Source of the DNA: Trichosphaerium sp. ATCC 40318
Lineage: Eukaryota; Protista; Tubulinea
NCBI GenBank assembly: GCA_038496445.1
Contig: JALMLS010000578.1
Location: 496,001-560,000, forward strand
Direction of reading: 5' to 3'
Length of the DNA: 64,000 nt
In this document: positions 37,711 to 50,696 of the stretch, piece by piece
Layout: each line of letters starts with the position of its first letter
How positions within the stretch are numbered: the first letter of the stretch is position 1
Made by a program: the position numbers and the translations under genes
Notes under the pieces: generated by a model
The model's input: the letters and a program-made list of their open reading frames with translations, nothing else
Told to the model about the DNA's origin: nothing
The model's database searches: none

Positions 37711-39486
37711 ATGCGCACGGTACACTGAGTGTCAACTGTTTTCAATTTCGAACCGACACGGCGTTTTAAGAGTCGTTACAATTGTGTACTTTGCACTGTT
37801 GGTGTTTGTAAAGAGTGTACGCTTGCGTTGCGGAGTTATCAGTCGATTAAAGATCTATCTTCAGCGCTTCTAACGTGCTACGTTCCTGATGCAATATCTC
37901 ACTGTGAAAGGGGTATCACAGTGTATTAAGCAATTTGTTTCTCTGCCTAGTGCCCAAAGCAAATTATCGCCTGTGTTCTGCACTGAACTACTCAAAGACG
38001 ACCCACCGCCAAAGGTACAATGAAGAAAATAACGCTTTAGCTTCAGTTAATTTGGAACTTCTTTAAACTGTGCCGTAAACGCTCACAGTGCTTAAAATAG
38101 GCCGTTGTAGTACAAAAAGTGAAACATCGTGTTGCCAACCCTTTAAAACCGTTTTATTCAGATGAACCGTCTCTACTCTACTGGGCCACGCTACGAGGCG
38201 TAGATTTAAACAAAAAGCCAAAAACAAAGGTGAAGAAACCTCTATTTTGTGTAATTACCTCACATTACGCCTAAGCCGCCACCCAAACCTCTATTACCTC
38301 CGTTCGAATCTATTTTTAAAGACGACGAACAATACACAGTACCACAACGCCCATACTACATAGAAGTAACTTAGTGGAAACTCCCTCGTCGTTTACTAAC
38401 GCGCTAAAACTAATTAGCTTGCAAAAGCGATCATTGCATGGATAAAATCCAACAAATTTCCGTTCACTTTTGTACCATTTTCCGTACGTTCCCTAGCGCT
38501 TTTACGATCACCTATGTGGTTGCTCGCTTCAATACGATAATTTGAAGCAATGACACACTTATTGATGACGTTTTAACGGAACTAGGGACCAGGATTGTCC
38601 GGTCAAATGACGGATACTGTTGATAGAATAAATGAAAATACTCCAATGTTTTCTAAAAGAATGTCTGATTGTGAGTCAGAAAATGGCATGAGGGATATCA
38701 TAAACGATATCATGAACGTATGTGATCTATTGAAAGGACTACAAGGTTCCAATATTAATGACGAGTGTAGTTTTTGGGTGAGAGAGGCATAATGACAATG
38801 TTGAGATTTCGTGAAACAGTTGGCTCTGCTTTAGTGTTACCACCTGGACCTAATCAGCTTTTGGATTCCTTTCGTGTTTTTCATGATCCAGCTTCAGCTA
38901 ATCCATTAACTGTTGGTGCTAGAGCATTATCAAAGCACTGTGTTAGGTACGTTTTGAGAAACGCGAGTTGGATTAGTTTTGCATCTGATATTTTTTCTCT
39001 TTTGTAGGAGTAAAGACACGTGGTGGGGAACTGAAAAAAATACAACTGTTTACCAAAAAAATGTGCATGCAGAAAAGGTCTTAAGAAAGATATTACATGC
39101 TGCAGCTTGGATGAATGTACACACTCTTCCAGTACGTCAAAAAGAAAAAGTTGTTTCTTCCCTTGTTTAGTTATTCTTCTATTTTTGTGTTCTTTTGTCA
39201 GATGCGACGATGATGTTAGAGCACATCTCCAAATGCCAACTAATGTTTTAATAGCATGACATATATGTACTTGAGATTAGAGAGAAAAACGGCTACGGTA
39301 CATTGTTTTTCAAAGTTTTTTTTTGCTTTTTTCGAAGCTAAAATGTAATTTAAGGTGCACGATGGCTTGCAACTTCTCCGTATCATTTCCGCGGTTTCCT
39401 AGAGCCTCAAATGGCGGATGGGCATGAGAAAGGTAGTGCACAAATCTTCTATTTATACTCACCTTGGTGCAGGATGGAAACACTAA
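37711..39486 (+). CDS. Conserved hypothetical protein; C-terminus resembles that of plant ASCH-domain proteins; start uncertain
   Basis: LTVGARALSKHCVRSKDTWWG...AAWMNVHTLP..VLEIREKNGYGARW...FRGFLEPQMADGHEKGWKH*. Confidence 0.7.
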
Positions 39487-39900
39487 CAAGTGGCTATTAA
39501 AAAATGGTAATTTTTTTCGCTACATCAGTACCCTACAACCAGGTTTAGAGCCACTGTTCAATGTAGTTAACAAATTAAATTAGTGCAAGTGCTCAATACA
39601 AACTGTCTCATTTGTCTCCCTCACTGCGGCAATACCATTAATTTGTTATGCTATCTGATATCAGAAAAAAATGTAAAGAAAAACTGTAAACCTCTCAATA
39701 AAATATGTTTGTGAAGTACAAGGGTTTTATGTAACGTATTTGATTACCTCCCGATTAGCATCCTTAGCATTATTAGTTATTTAAAGTGCACTTGTTGTAT
39801 TTACTGTAGGGTCATTACCCAATTTATTCCAATACTCTTGTTAGGCAACACAAAACAACAAAGTCAATTATTTTCATAATTTTAGCGCCTGTGCCAGAAA

Positions 39901-41865
39901 ATGGCAACAAGTATTCTTACCGCAGACGTTGTACAGCATCTAAATAATTGGAACATTACTGAATCTGTACGTATAACACGCCTATTCACGCACACATAGT
40001 TTGATATCATTTTAAGTGTTGTTATTGTAGCCAGAGTCACAATATTTCGTTGGTATTGATGTAGGGTACTGAAATCTGTTCTTAACGCACGTGGAAACTA
40101 ACATTCTTGTTTCTGGATATTAGAGCAACAAATACACGTGTTGTTGTGTCTAATGGGATGAATGGTGAACGTACTGATGGCTTTTTTTATTCGGTTTGTA
40201 TTCAAACGCTGGCTTAACACTTTGAAGCGTATTTGTTGGTTCACAAGTTTAAGTGTACACATGCTTCTCTTTTAGTACAAACCTTGAATACCATTGGAGG
40301 TAAAGTATACATGTCCTTATTAAACTAACCGTCATAGACGAGATCTTTAGCATTTTGAAGACAAAGGTTGTACATGTGTTTTACAAGCTTGTTTTAAACG
40401 TCTTCCAAGGCCTCTGGTGGCGTTCTAGACGCAGCTGGACCAATCAAAGATAAAGGCAAAAGAGTATCAATCACGAACTGGTGCGTCAAACTACAGAATA
40501 AGTGAAGAATTAACTGTAGAGCAAAGGAAAGGTGAAGATCAATCATTTTGTATTGATGATATAAGCGATACTTTACTTCCCAGAGGTGCATCACGATTTC
40601 TAAATGACTTGGAAGCAACGTGTTGGGGAATTATTGGGCTTGATAGCAATCGTAAATTTTTATCACATTTTAAAACCTTAGGGCACGTGTTCGCCTATTC
40701 TCTTGCATACCTTATTTACACTTAAACAGAAGTGACAAAGATACTACCCTAGATCAAGGCAACTGTACGTTATGTGTCACTCACTGCAATCTTTCTTTTT
40801 ACAGTTTACACCGAAAGCGACTGTTTTGTTGTTGTATAGTTCAATACAACTATGCTTTGTTATGTACTAACCTTTGATAGATGTGGTTGTATGTGTTGGT
40901 ACAAATAATGATGGAAGCATTTATGTCCAATACTAACTATTTAAATTAAGGTACTGGATTAGGGAATGCGTTGATTATTGGAGATGCAGTGGCAGAAAAT
41001 CCAGCATTCAGAGTTTTGCCATTGGAAGCTGGTCATTCGTACGACTTTTCATACTGCTTGTTTTAATCTTTGTCATGCTTGTTAAAGTAATGTAATATCA
41101 TTGGCACATGGCGATCCCAAAAGAGAGGAAGACGAAAAGATACTAAAATATGTTTCTTCTGTTGCTGTATGCCTTAATTTTTTCTCGCTATTTTCCTAAT
41201 ATTTTTCGGAAAGTGGAATCTTGAGTTTGCTGTTGAGTGGGATGGTATGTGGTTAGCTGTGCTTTTGAGATTTTAATTGTTTAAGATATTGTTTCTTCTC
41301 GTGGATTAACAACGTTATATGATTACTACAAAGGAGAAAAGACAAATGTAAATGCTGAAACAGGTAGAGAAAAATGTTTGTACTTTTTTTTTGATCTGTT
41401 GTTCTTGTAGTTGTTTCCTTGGTGTCGAATGGTGACACAACTGCAACTAATGCCCTATTAAAATTCTATGAATATCAATATAGGTTTGCTCAAACAATGT
41501 GTATAACATCACAAGCAAAAGGAGTTATCTTCGCAGGAAGCAATCAAGTACTTTCGGTTTATTTTCTTAGTTTTTATTAGATCATTAAACACTTTGTAGG
41601 TGAGCAATTTAGAGTTCATTGAAGCACACTTAGCTTCTTTAAAGAAGGTTTTTCTTAAGCATAAACGTACTGAGTGGCTTGTAGACGCAAAGGTATTATT
41701 AGTGATAAGAACATGGGTTTTTTTTTACAGCTGATAGTTAATATCCCAGAAAACAACACATTTGAACATGTACGCTATTGATACCTTTAAACAAAGTCAC
41801 TTACTATTTTAACCGACAGGAACTTATTGGGTTGCCTTCATACTGCAAGAAATTTAGCAAATTAA
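39901..41865 (+). CDS. Glucokinase, Glk family (bacterial/protist type), multi-exon
   Basis: FVGIDVGATNTRV (phosphate-1 loop), AAGPIKD..VSITNW, FLNDLEATCWG (catalytic Asp), VVVCVGTGLGNALI, VLPLEAG and C-terminal NLLGCLHTA. Confidence 0.85.
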
Positions 41866-42091
41866 AACAATACATGATAACAGCAGGTGAAGAATATTGT
41901 GAAAGTAAAGTTGCCTGTTTACAATCAGCCTTACTTTCTAGAAATTAATTGTCTGAGAGCTTTTGTTGCTAACGAGCTACATTGTAACTTGAGTCAAAAA
42001 CAAACTTGTCTCTTTTTTTTTCAACACTTTTGTTGAGTTATTTATTTTCCTTTCACTTATTTTACTGGAAGTCACATAAATGTGAAGTACT

Positions 42092-43342
42092 TTATTTCCA
42101 ACTTGTATCATACAATTTACTCCATGCACATCCTGGAATACCCGATTCGTAGTCATCAATTGTCAAAGCTGGTAGAGCCTTCATGAGGGAGTTCAATTGA
42201 TCACGTGATACTTTCTTGAACTTCCATGAACGTCCGGTACATATTTTGTGACGTTCTCCATGCATTACAAGTGTAGAAAGTCTTGAAAGAGAAGATAGGC
42301 TTTGAACTCCAACATCAGAGATATCAATACAATACGATAAATCCAAATACTCCAATAATACAAGTGAGGTTAACTTTTTAAGCAAGTCATCTGTAGTTCT
42401 TGTATGTTTAAGACAAAGTTTCTTTAGTTTTGTAAGTAATGGTATTTCAGTTAGACTTTGATAACGGTTTGTTCCTGATGTGACAAACTGTAACTTTTCC
42501 AATGATGTAAACTTTACAACACAAAGGCCTCCGCCATGTGATAGTTTAAGAGATTTTAAATTCGTCCAACTTGATCCGAGAAAATCACTACTGATGCTAT
42601 AATTGTTATAGCCTTTGTCAGGAGATGGTAGCTCAAGATGAAAAGATACTAATGAAACCAAAGGTTTGAGTTGAAGTAATAAAGAATCATCAACAGTACA
42701 TGCCAAAAGCTTGAGTTTAGTTAAACTTTTTAATGCTGTAATAGGTAACAACCAACTAATTTTTTTGTAAATGTATGTTCTATATGATGTTCTATGTCTT
42801 TCTTGTCCACCTAATAGATCAAGACGTGTTAGTGTTGAAAACTTACATACTTCCATCAACCCTTTGTTTGTCACTCCCATACCCAATGACAGATGCTTAA
42901 GGTTTGTAAACACGTGTAATTTTGCTATTTCTTCAGAGTTAAGCCATATGTACTTAGCTGACATTTGAACTGATTGTTCCTCAGAGTATAGAGAATAATA
43001 TGGCTTCAATCTTTTCTGCCATCCCTTTCTGCTAACAAGCTTCCATGTATAAAACTCTTCTAAGTACTTCGGAGAATTTTTCACGTGCACAGACCTCACA
43101 TTGTTGATGTAATTGAAGTTATTGATGATATTGTTGAGAGCTCCAATGTTGTCAATTGTAATTGTTGAGGCAATACCTGTAGACCATAAAAACGTGTGCC
43201 ACAAAGCAGATGTTGAAGCAAGGCGACTCTTTGATTTCTGATCAAGGAAGGCGCTTATACAGTACCAAGGGTCAATACCAAGCGAATACCAGTCGGTTAG
43301 GGGTTCAGGGGCACGTCCTATATTCAGATGTAAGCACAACAT
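42092..43342 (-). CDS. F-box-like/leucine-rich-repeat protein (one long exon; a 5' exon is possible)
   Basis: LGIDPWYCISAFLDQKSKSRLASTSALW (F-box-like) and LRRs such as LEYLDLSYCIDISDVGVQSLSSL. Confidence 0.85.
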   Translation of the reverse strand: MLCLHLNIGRAPEPLTDWYSLGIDPWYCISAFLDQKSKSRLASTSALWHTFLWSTGIASTITIDNIGALNNIINNFNYINNVRSVHVKNSPKYLEEFYTWKLVSRKGWQKRLKPYYSLYSEEQSVQMSAKYIWLNSEEIAKLHVFTNLKHLSLGMGVTNKGLMEVCKFSTLTRLDLLGGQERHRTSYRTYIYKKISWLLPITALKSLTKLKLLACTVDDSLLLQLKPLVSLVSFHLELPSPDKGYNNYSISSDFLGSSWTNLKSLKLSHGGGLCVVKFTSLEKLQFVTSGTNRYQSLTEIPLLTKLKKLCLKHTRTTDDLLKKLTSLVLLEYLDLSYCIDISDVGVQSLSSLSRLSTLVMHGERHKICTGRSWKFKKVSRDQLNSLMKALPALTIDDYESGIPGCAWSKLYDTSWK

Positions 43343-43757
43343 TCTAAAAGTGTAGTGGCGAAGTCCTAGACAATAAACATGGTTGCTAGTGCGTACTATC
43401 TTGTAGATTAACGATATTATCTCCAGAGTGTATGAGCAACATTAAATTAGATCAAGTGTTGGTTAGTAATGCGACAGCGATTAGAAATTTGTTCTGAAAT
43501 GATTCCAGTAAACTTCAAGTAACGTTAGGTGAACTATGGTTGACTTTTTAGAGTCAAAAACAGAGTTGTTCGAATAAAACCAAGAATTATTCTTCACTTT
43601 GTTTTTCCCTGGCCCATGCTTGTACGTACTGCTTTTAAGCTAATTAAAGTCAAGACGTTTCTGTGGCGTGGAGAAAAAAAGTAGAGGACTTGAACGAATT
43701 TAACTGTACTACCATTATTATTTTATTGCATTTGTCAACATGGCTTTGTTGTTTTCT

Positions 43758-45515
43758 TCAAGTATAAGAACGTGGTGGTATGAATGGAAAACCACTATTT
43801 ACAGGATACTCAAAGTATGGTAAATCAGCAAAATCATGCAGGTGAGGTTCAAATACGATTGAGTCTCTTCCATTCTTTACAACATCAACTACCTTACATT
43901 TTCTAATAGTGTTTTTTGGAAATACATGAGAGAACATCAACCAAAGATATTCGAACCCATCGACTATGTCTTCTTTAGGTATTTTATTTGATGTACATGG
44001 ACGTCCTAAAATCATATGGTTAAACATAAATAAATACTGTAAGAAGATGTCTTGTTATTCATGCAAACAATATTGGCAACTTTCAGAGTTTTTAAAGTCA
44101 GGTCACGTGTTAGTGTTCTGACTATTGTATACAATGTGATGTATAAGAAAAATTTGTTCCAGAAGTCTTACTTGTTGCCCAAGTACAATAGAACTAGAGT
44201 TGACTGATTAAAAAAAAAACTGTAAGGCAAGTTCTTCCTATTTTTCTCACCGGCCTTGTGGCAAAAGACATAATTTAATTAGCATTTTGATGTGATTTTG
44301 ATGTACCTAATAATATTGGCAATGCTTGTGCATATCTAGATGTCATGTGTACCATTCTTGAATTGCCATAGATAATAATGCTGTTGGATATAAATGTGCT
44401 CACTTTAAAACACAGTTTGTATACATGTGTATGTGATCCTGTTGCATCAGTATCTGTATTTAAGAATATAGTAACATCTACGTTTACAGCAATAGGTTGT
44501 ACTCTTGAAAAAACGGTAATATCTGAAAACACTTGTTAGAACTTTAAAAAAAAACTTTCACTATTTTTTTTCCCACGTTACAACAATACTTACAAATGAA
44601 TTGATCAGTTTCTGAATACCCAAAACCATCTGCATCTTCTTCTTCTGAACCAAACCCCATATTTGCTTTTCGTAAATAACACTACATAATAAGACAGTTA
44701 GAGAAAAAGAACACTGCAACTGATGTTTAAAAAAAGGCTAAAAACAGCTCTACGACAAGATTGCATGGTGAACGCACGTGATTGCTGCCGTCACTCATTT
44801 TATATTTTTCTTCCATATTAATACGATTCATTGTGTAGTGTTTGTAAGTCATCATGTCAATGTCTTCACACTTTATGGCTTTGGTCAATGAACACTTCCT
44901 TAATAGTAAATATAAACAAAACAAGCTACTATTAACTTTCTTCTAGTAAGTACCACTCTGCGTTCGCCCAACGCCTCCAAAAATCGTCTGAGGTTATAAA
45001 TTGACACCATAGCTTACAAACTGTAGCATTATTTGCCAAATCTTTCCCTGTCAGGCCAAGTAACACCATTTCCAAAATCTCTTCTGGGAACGCCTAAAAA
45101 AGCAGTTAACGGTAGCAATCGTCTTAAAAATTAAGACGCACAAGAAACATGACACGGGCATCTTCGGACATGGGAGCTGATTTTTGGACTTTAACTTGCG
45201 ATACTGATAGTTTAGAACTGCTAGATTTGTCTTTTTGCGTTGTTTCGCCTTTATTGATCACTGCTAAGAGCGAAGCGCCGTATTTCGCTAGTTTATCGTC
45301 TGTAAAGCCTTCTATGGCGCTCAGATCTTTAATATTTGTTGGCGCTATCTACAAACTGTTAAGATTAATAAAGCGGACGCTATGACTCGTACAGTGGCTA
45401 TTTCTCGTAATATCTGATCAGTAACAACTTGCTCGACTTCAACGCCGTTAGAAGATGCCAATTCTTTACGAGTCTCAACTAATGCTTTGTAAAGCTTCGT
45501 TCCAGAAGTTCCCAT
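43758..45515 (-). CDS. HRDC-domain + F-box protein (multi-exon)
   Basis: LYKALVETRKELAS...VVTDQILREIAT|IAPTNIKDLSAIEGFTDDKLAKYGASLLAVI (HRDC), then FL|AFPEEILEMVLLGLTGKDLANNATVCKLWCQFITSDDFW (F-box), then an unassigned C-terminal region. Confidence 0.8.
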
Positions 45516-45778
45516 TGTGAAATTGGATTAAACGTCACTGGTTTTTTTTTCTGTGAAAACAGGTACACAATGTAGTTTTTGTTAGAGTTCTTCTAGTTTG
45601 AGTGAGAGACAACCAAGTAACATAACTAAATAAAGAAGTCTTATCCCTGGACATTGAAAGGAGCATTTTCCTATACCATCTCTCATGGCTTTGCAGTGAC
45701 CTTTGGCAGCACATGTTTTTGTATTTTTTTATTTTGATTAATTGTATTTACAGTTATTTTTTACCGAAGTGATTGGAC

Positions 45779-48700
45779 TTAATTTTGTTTGCCTTTGTGG
45801 AAACGTAGGAGCAAATAAATAGCCAGTTCGATAACAAACCAAGTAGCAATTATAATACCAATATTCCTCCAGTAGTTCTCCTCAGCAAAACCAAGAATTG
45901 CAATCTGTTGTTCACCAGCCTACAATCCATAAGTAGTGACTCTTTATAGACGAAGAGAAAGAAGTGACTTACAACCACAGGACATATCACTGTTGTATTT
46001 GGTGATAGTGTAAACCCGCTACATTGTAGTGGAGCACCTCCATTAAATGTTGAAGGTAGTGGAAATGATCTTGGAGGTAAAGTGCATGTCTCGTTCACCA
46101 TCATTGTTACATTTGTTACTATTGAATGTAAGAATCTTCAACCTCAATGAATTAAAATGGCTTACTTATAGTATCACAAGGTATTCTGTAATCGCAACCT
46201 TCACAAATAAAACTCTGACCTGAGAAAGTAGCAATCACCATTGCTTCAAATCCCCATCGAAGAAATGAGATGTTCTCAATCCAAACAAAGTAAACAGGAA
46301 TATTGTCAGTGTTTATCCAAAATCCTGAAAACAACATGAAGGGTATCTAGAAATAAATAAATCAATAAACATAAATCACGTGTTTAAGCTGGTTTAACAA
46401 AGCCAAAAATCACTTAAAACATGTAACAACAAATATAAAAATACAAGAAATGAACACGCACCAATAACATTGGTACTGCTCTTGAGACAAGAACCGGATC
46501 ATGTATCGAAGCTGACAATAGCATACCAAAAGAATAAGCTACATTTGCAACAAGGGCAAGAGCAAGCAAAAGTCTCAAGAAATCCACAAAACTATCACTC
46601 CAGCCGATCATCCACTAAACAAAGTCAGAAAAAAAAATAGGAAAGTGGCTATGGTAACATACAAATGCTATCAGAGTATTTATGAGTGGTATTAATATGT
46701 TCACTGGTAAATCACTAACAAATTTCGATAGAAAATACACTCCTGATCCATAAAGACCTGATCTCTGTTCGCGAAACACAACACCCCTAACACGGACTTA
46801 AGAAAAAGTTGTATCTAAAAAGAAGTCTGGTAAGTACCTTTCTGCTGGAAAGATATTCACAGGTACAGTCACACCAGCAAAGGCGCTTCCTATACCAACG
46901 AAAAATAGCGCAGATACCCTATCACGTATACCAGTCTGATCATTTGCAAGCCTTAAGTATACCAAGCCACCAATCAGTGCTCTTAGAATAGTTATGATTA
47001 ATCTGGATTTAAATAACATGTTCTCCCGATATATCGTTTTAAATGATCGTCTAATGTTGATGTTAGTAATGTGATCAATTCAATAATATTGACGCACATC
47101 AATAAAATCCAGAATTTTACAAATACAGATACTTGATTACCATGTGACACTCCAGTCACTGGATATTCGTGTTTGGGTGGGTTTATTGCTTGTTTATGAT
47201 ATTTTGACTTTTTATACTTCTTTATCATACCCTTCACTTGGTCGGTACTGACATGCCTATGTATAAATTAATATGAATCACTAGACGTTTGAGGTGATAT
47301 TACTTCAAGTCTGCTTCTTCTTCATCAATATCTGATGGTGTCACATGGAGTGTTTTCACTAACAATTGTGAGGTTGAATCATCGCAATGCCATTGAAAGT
47401 TACGTACTTAAGTAATCAGCTGGATTCTTGAACGGAGGACACTGATATCCTATACTACCAAAATAAGGTATTGTATCTTCCAAATCACCATAGTAGACAG
47501 TTTGTCCATCTGCCAAAATCATCATTTTATCGAAATGTCGATAAATATCTGCTGAAGGCTAAACAAAAGATGAGTAATTAACAATTGCGTACTGAACTTT
47601 GATACTAATTTAAGTACGTACTTGATGTATTGTACATATTATGGTGTGACCACAAAATGCTAGTTTACGTAAAACATCAACAACAGCTTTTGCTGCAAAA
47701 GAATCAAGACCAGAAGTTGGTTCATCCAAAAATAGAATTTTAGGATCTGTTATCAACTCCAAAGCAACGGACACTGTGTTGTTACAATTATTAGAAAATA
47801 ATATTACTGTTTGTTGTGACGGTTACCTCTTTTCCTTTCGCCTCCAGAGAGACCACGTTCAATACTTGATGCTTTTGTTGAGGCAGCTGAAAATCCAATA
47901 AAGTTGTTTCTTACATGATACAATCCAAGCTGTAAGAGTAAGCCATCAACTTTCTTGCTTCGTTCTTCCTTTGTTGTATGTTTTCCCATTTTTAGTTTGG
48001 CTGCAAACATTAACGCTTCTCTTGCTGTCAGCGATCCCATGAGTACATCTTCCTGCGAAAATAACATGAGACAGAATTGTATAACCACTAACTACGCTAC
48101 CTGACTGACAAATCCTGAAATTTTTCTTAACAGAGCACTATCAGCTTTCTTTCCGTTTATTTCTACTGTCCCTTTCATTCCTTTGCCATGTACTCTATGA
48201 GATAGAATATTCAAGAAGCTCCTAATTATACATGTAAGATCAACAATCTCGTAGTGAAAGAGAAAAAGAGTACGTTTTGCCAGCTCCAGAAGGCCCGATT
48301 ATTCCCTAAACATATCAGCATTTTCACGACTTTTAGTGCTTCTCCTTACCATCAAGCATCCAGGAGGTACATATCCAGACATATTCTGAAGTATACGCTT
48401 GGAGACGAGCTTTTTTTCACCTCGTTTGACACATCCAAGCGTGTTTTTTTTTGCATCTGGGTTTGGAACTTTTACAGTGTATCCGACATCTTTCCATACC
48501 AGTTGCACCCTTTCTTTTTCACTTATAATATGCTCTTTATCTACAGTCGAGATATATTGTTGTCTGTATGGTGAGTCAGGAAGGACAATCAAACTCAGAA
48601 AAATCACGTGATTTTTCGAAAATACGGAAAAAAAAAGATCAGACGTGGTACTTTAGTGTTTCCATGTAATCTTCGCTTTCCGAACTCTCGTGGCCATTAA

Positions 48701-48966
48701 CCTACAATTTAAATGAGTTGGGACGCAAAAACCAGCTAAAATTACTCTAATAGATTCTTTCAACGTACCTGTATGGTTTCCGCGTGAAGAGTTGTAACAC
48801 CTCCATTAGATCTCTTTTTTCCTGATTTTCCCTTCGACTTTTTTGGTTTTTGTTTTTGTCCCAGATTATCCATTTGAGTATCAATTGGTTCCATTTTACG
48901 CGTTACATTAAGAACTTGAGCATTCTTACGTCGTTTATCGCCCTTCGTCCGTTTTTCCGCATTCAT
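45779..48966 (-). CDS. ABCG (White-like) half-transporter, copy 1
   Basis: Walker A GPSGAGKT, signature LSGGERKR, Walker [21 protein letters not shown] and NPADY; the C-terminal TMD contains MLFSGFW and [10 protein letters not shown]. Confidence 0.95.
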
Positions 48967-49469
48967 CACTTGTAGGCTGCTGGGATACCCTATACGTTGT
49001 ACCTATATCAGGTGAGCGTCAATACCTTTTAAAGTTCAAAACAAAGAACTCAGATTGTAAAACAGCTAAATGGGTACAAAGAGGGGTTTGCTTACGTGTT
49101 GTTGTGTACGTCTGTGCGTGTTATAATGTGGCCAACTATTTATCCGACTGCTACTCATGAATTCAGCAAACCGCTCATACTGTTTTTGCGGAGATACCTT
49201 TAAACGTCCTTTACGCGCGTAAGCAAACAGTTTGTAGTGAAATTTATCCTGAATTTTGTGCGCGGGCTATTATTTTGAACATTGCCGTCAAAAAGCATTC
49301 AAAGGGGTTTCTTATCTCCGTCAAAGAATCACAAAAGCTTAGCCCACATGTAAACGCTTTGGAAGCACATTGTAAAAACGTGACTTGTTGGTTGTTACAC
49401 TATGACGCCATGATTGTTCTCTGTTTGAGCGCTTAAATTAACACTTCTCATGAGAAGTATCTACAGCAC

Positions 49470-49960
49470 TTTATGGCAATCTAATGCAGTTACCACCTAG
49501 TTTTAGGGATTCATGTTGCCAGGGTATTCACAAAACCTTGGCCACGTGTATGTAGCCCCATCCTTTTTTGTAGTCCACCGGATATTTAGTAACTCCGTGA
49601 ATCCTTTTTTATTTTGTTTTTGGAAGTGTTGTTTATTTTTATATTATTTGCTACCTTTTGATACTTATAAGTACGCCATTGATTGATTCATTCACAAGGT
49701 ATTTTGTAATTACATCCTTCATAAATAAATACAATAAATGAACTGGCAATCACGTGTTAACTGCTATTTAACTAAGAAAAATCACGTAAAACCTGTATCG
49801 AAAAAGCGGAAAACAACAAGAAATGAACAAGCCAATAACATTTGTTCTTGAGCAAGAGCGATATCGTATACAGCAGCTTTTATTATCATACAAAAAGAAT
49901 ATGCTACGTTTGCAACTAATAGATATGCGAGGAAAAACCTCATGAAAGACAAAATACCGT
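49470..49960 (-). pseudogene. Degenerate partial third ABCG copy (TM exon plus 3' flank)
   Basis: About 49835-49955 aligns with the ABCG exon at about 52275-52410 ([14 protein letters not shown]..), and about 49470-49635 aligns with the 3' flank at about 51430-51595. The intervening exons are missing. Confidence 0.75.
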
Positions 49961-49997
49961 AAAGATCAATAAAAATGTGGCTTACTGAGTTTTGTTT

Positions 49998-50696
49998 TTA
50001 TAAAACCTTTATAAGGATAATAGCAACAAGTAATATTGGAGGGAACAGCACTATGCACAAAACAAGCCACGGTAGGAGCAGCCAAGCTAAGGATCTATAC
50101 CTACTCGCTCCATGGATGTCCTCACAAGATGTGCTATGTCCTTGGGCTTCCCATAGCCACTGGTTAAATAATTTCCGTCGGCGCTCGCGATCTGTATTAT
50201 ACCTAACAGAGCGCTTTTTACCCTTCTTTAGTAGCTTCATATATTTTATACATCGTTTTTTAGCATTGCTGCGATTGTAAGCTATAGGGTCAATATTGTA
50301 TCTTGCAAAAAGCTAGAAAAGGGTTTTAGCACGTGACTTGGCTTCAACAAGGAGGTTTTGTAATCTAAAAATGACATCACTAGAGCGGTTTATCGTTGGA
50401 AAGTCGCTACTAAAACGAACTCCATTGGTGTCACAATGGAAAAGCGATACATGAATAAAGCAACAAAACCAAGTACCTGATGTTCTTTTTGTTCCCACAG
50501 CTGGTCATCAGAGCATACTCGGTGAAATTCTTTGTTTAAAACACTTGCCTAAGAAGAGAAAGATTGTATACTAACACAAAAGGTATACCTGAGTAATTTG
50601 CGATGAATCCATGAGATTTGCTGTTAATAGCAGTATTTCATCTGGCAGCAGCTCGAAACCATTTCTAGGTTGCTCCCTTTCCGTTATGAAATACAT
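49998..50696 (-). CDS. Small F-box protein with C-terminal transmembrane anchor
   Basis: FELLPDEILLLTANLMDSSQITQ|ASVLNKEFHRVCSDDQLWEQK and a C-terminal LAWLLLPWLVLCIVLFPPILLVAIILIKVL*. One junction needs either an alternative donor or a 1-nt homopolymer correction near 50486-50490. Confidence 0.65.
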
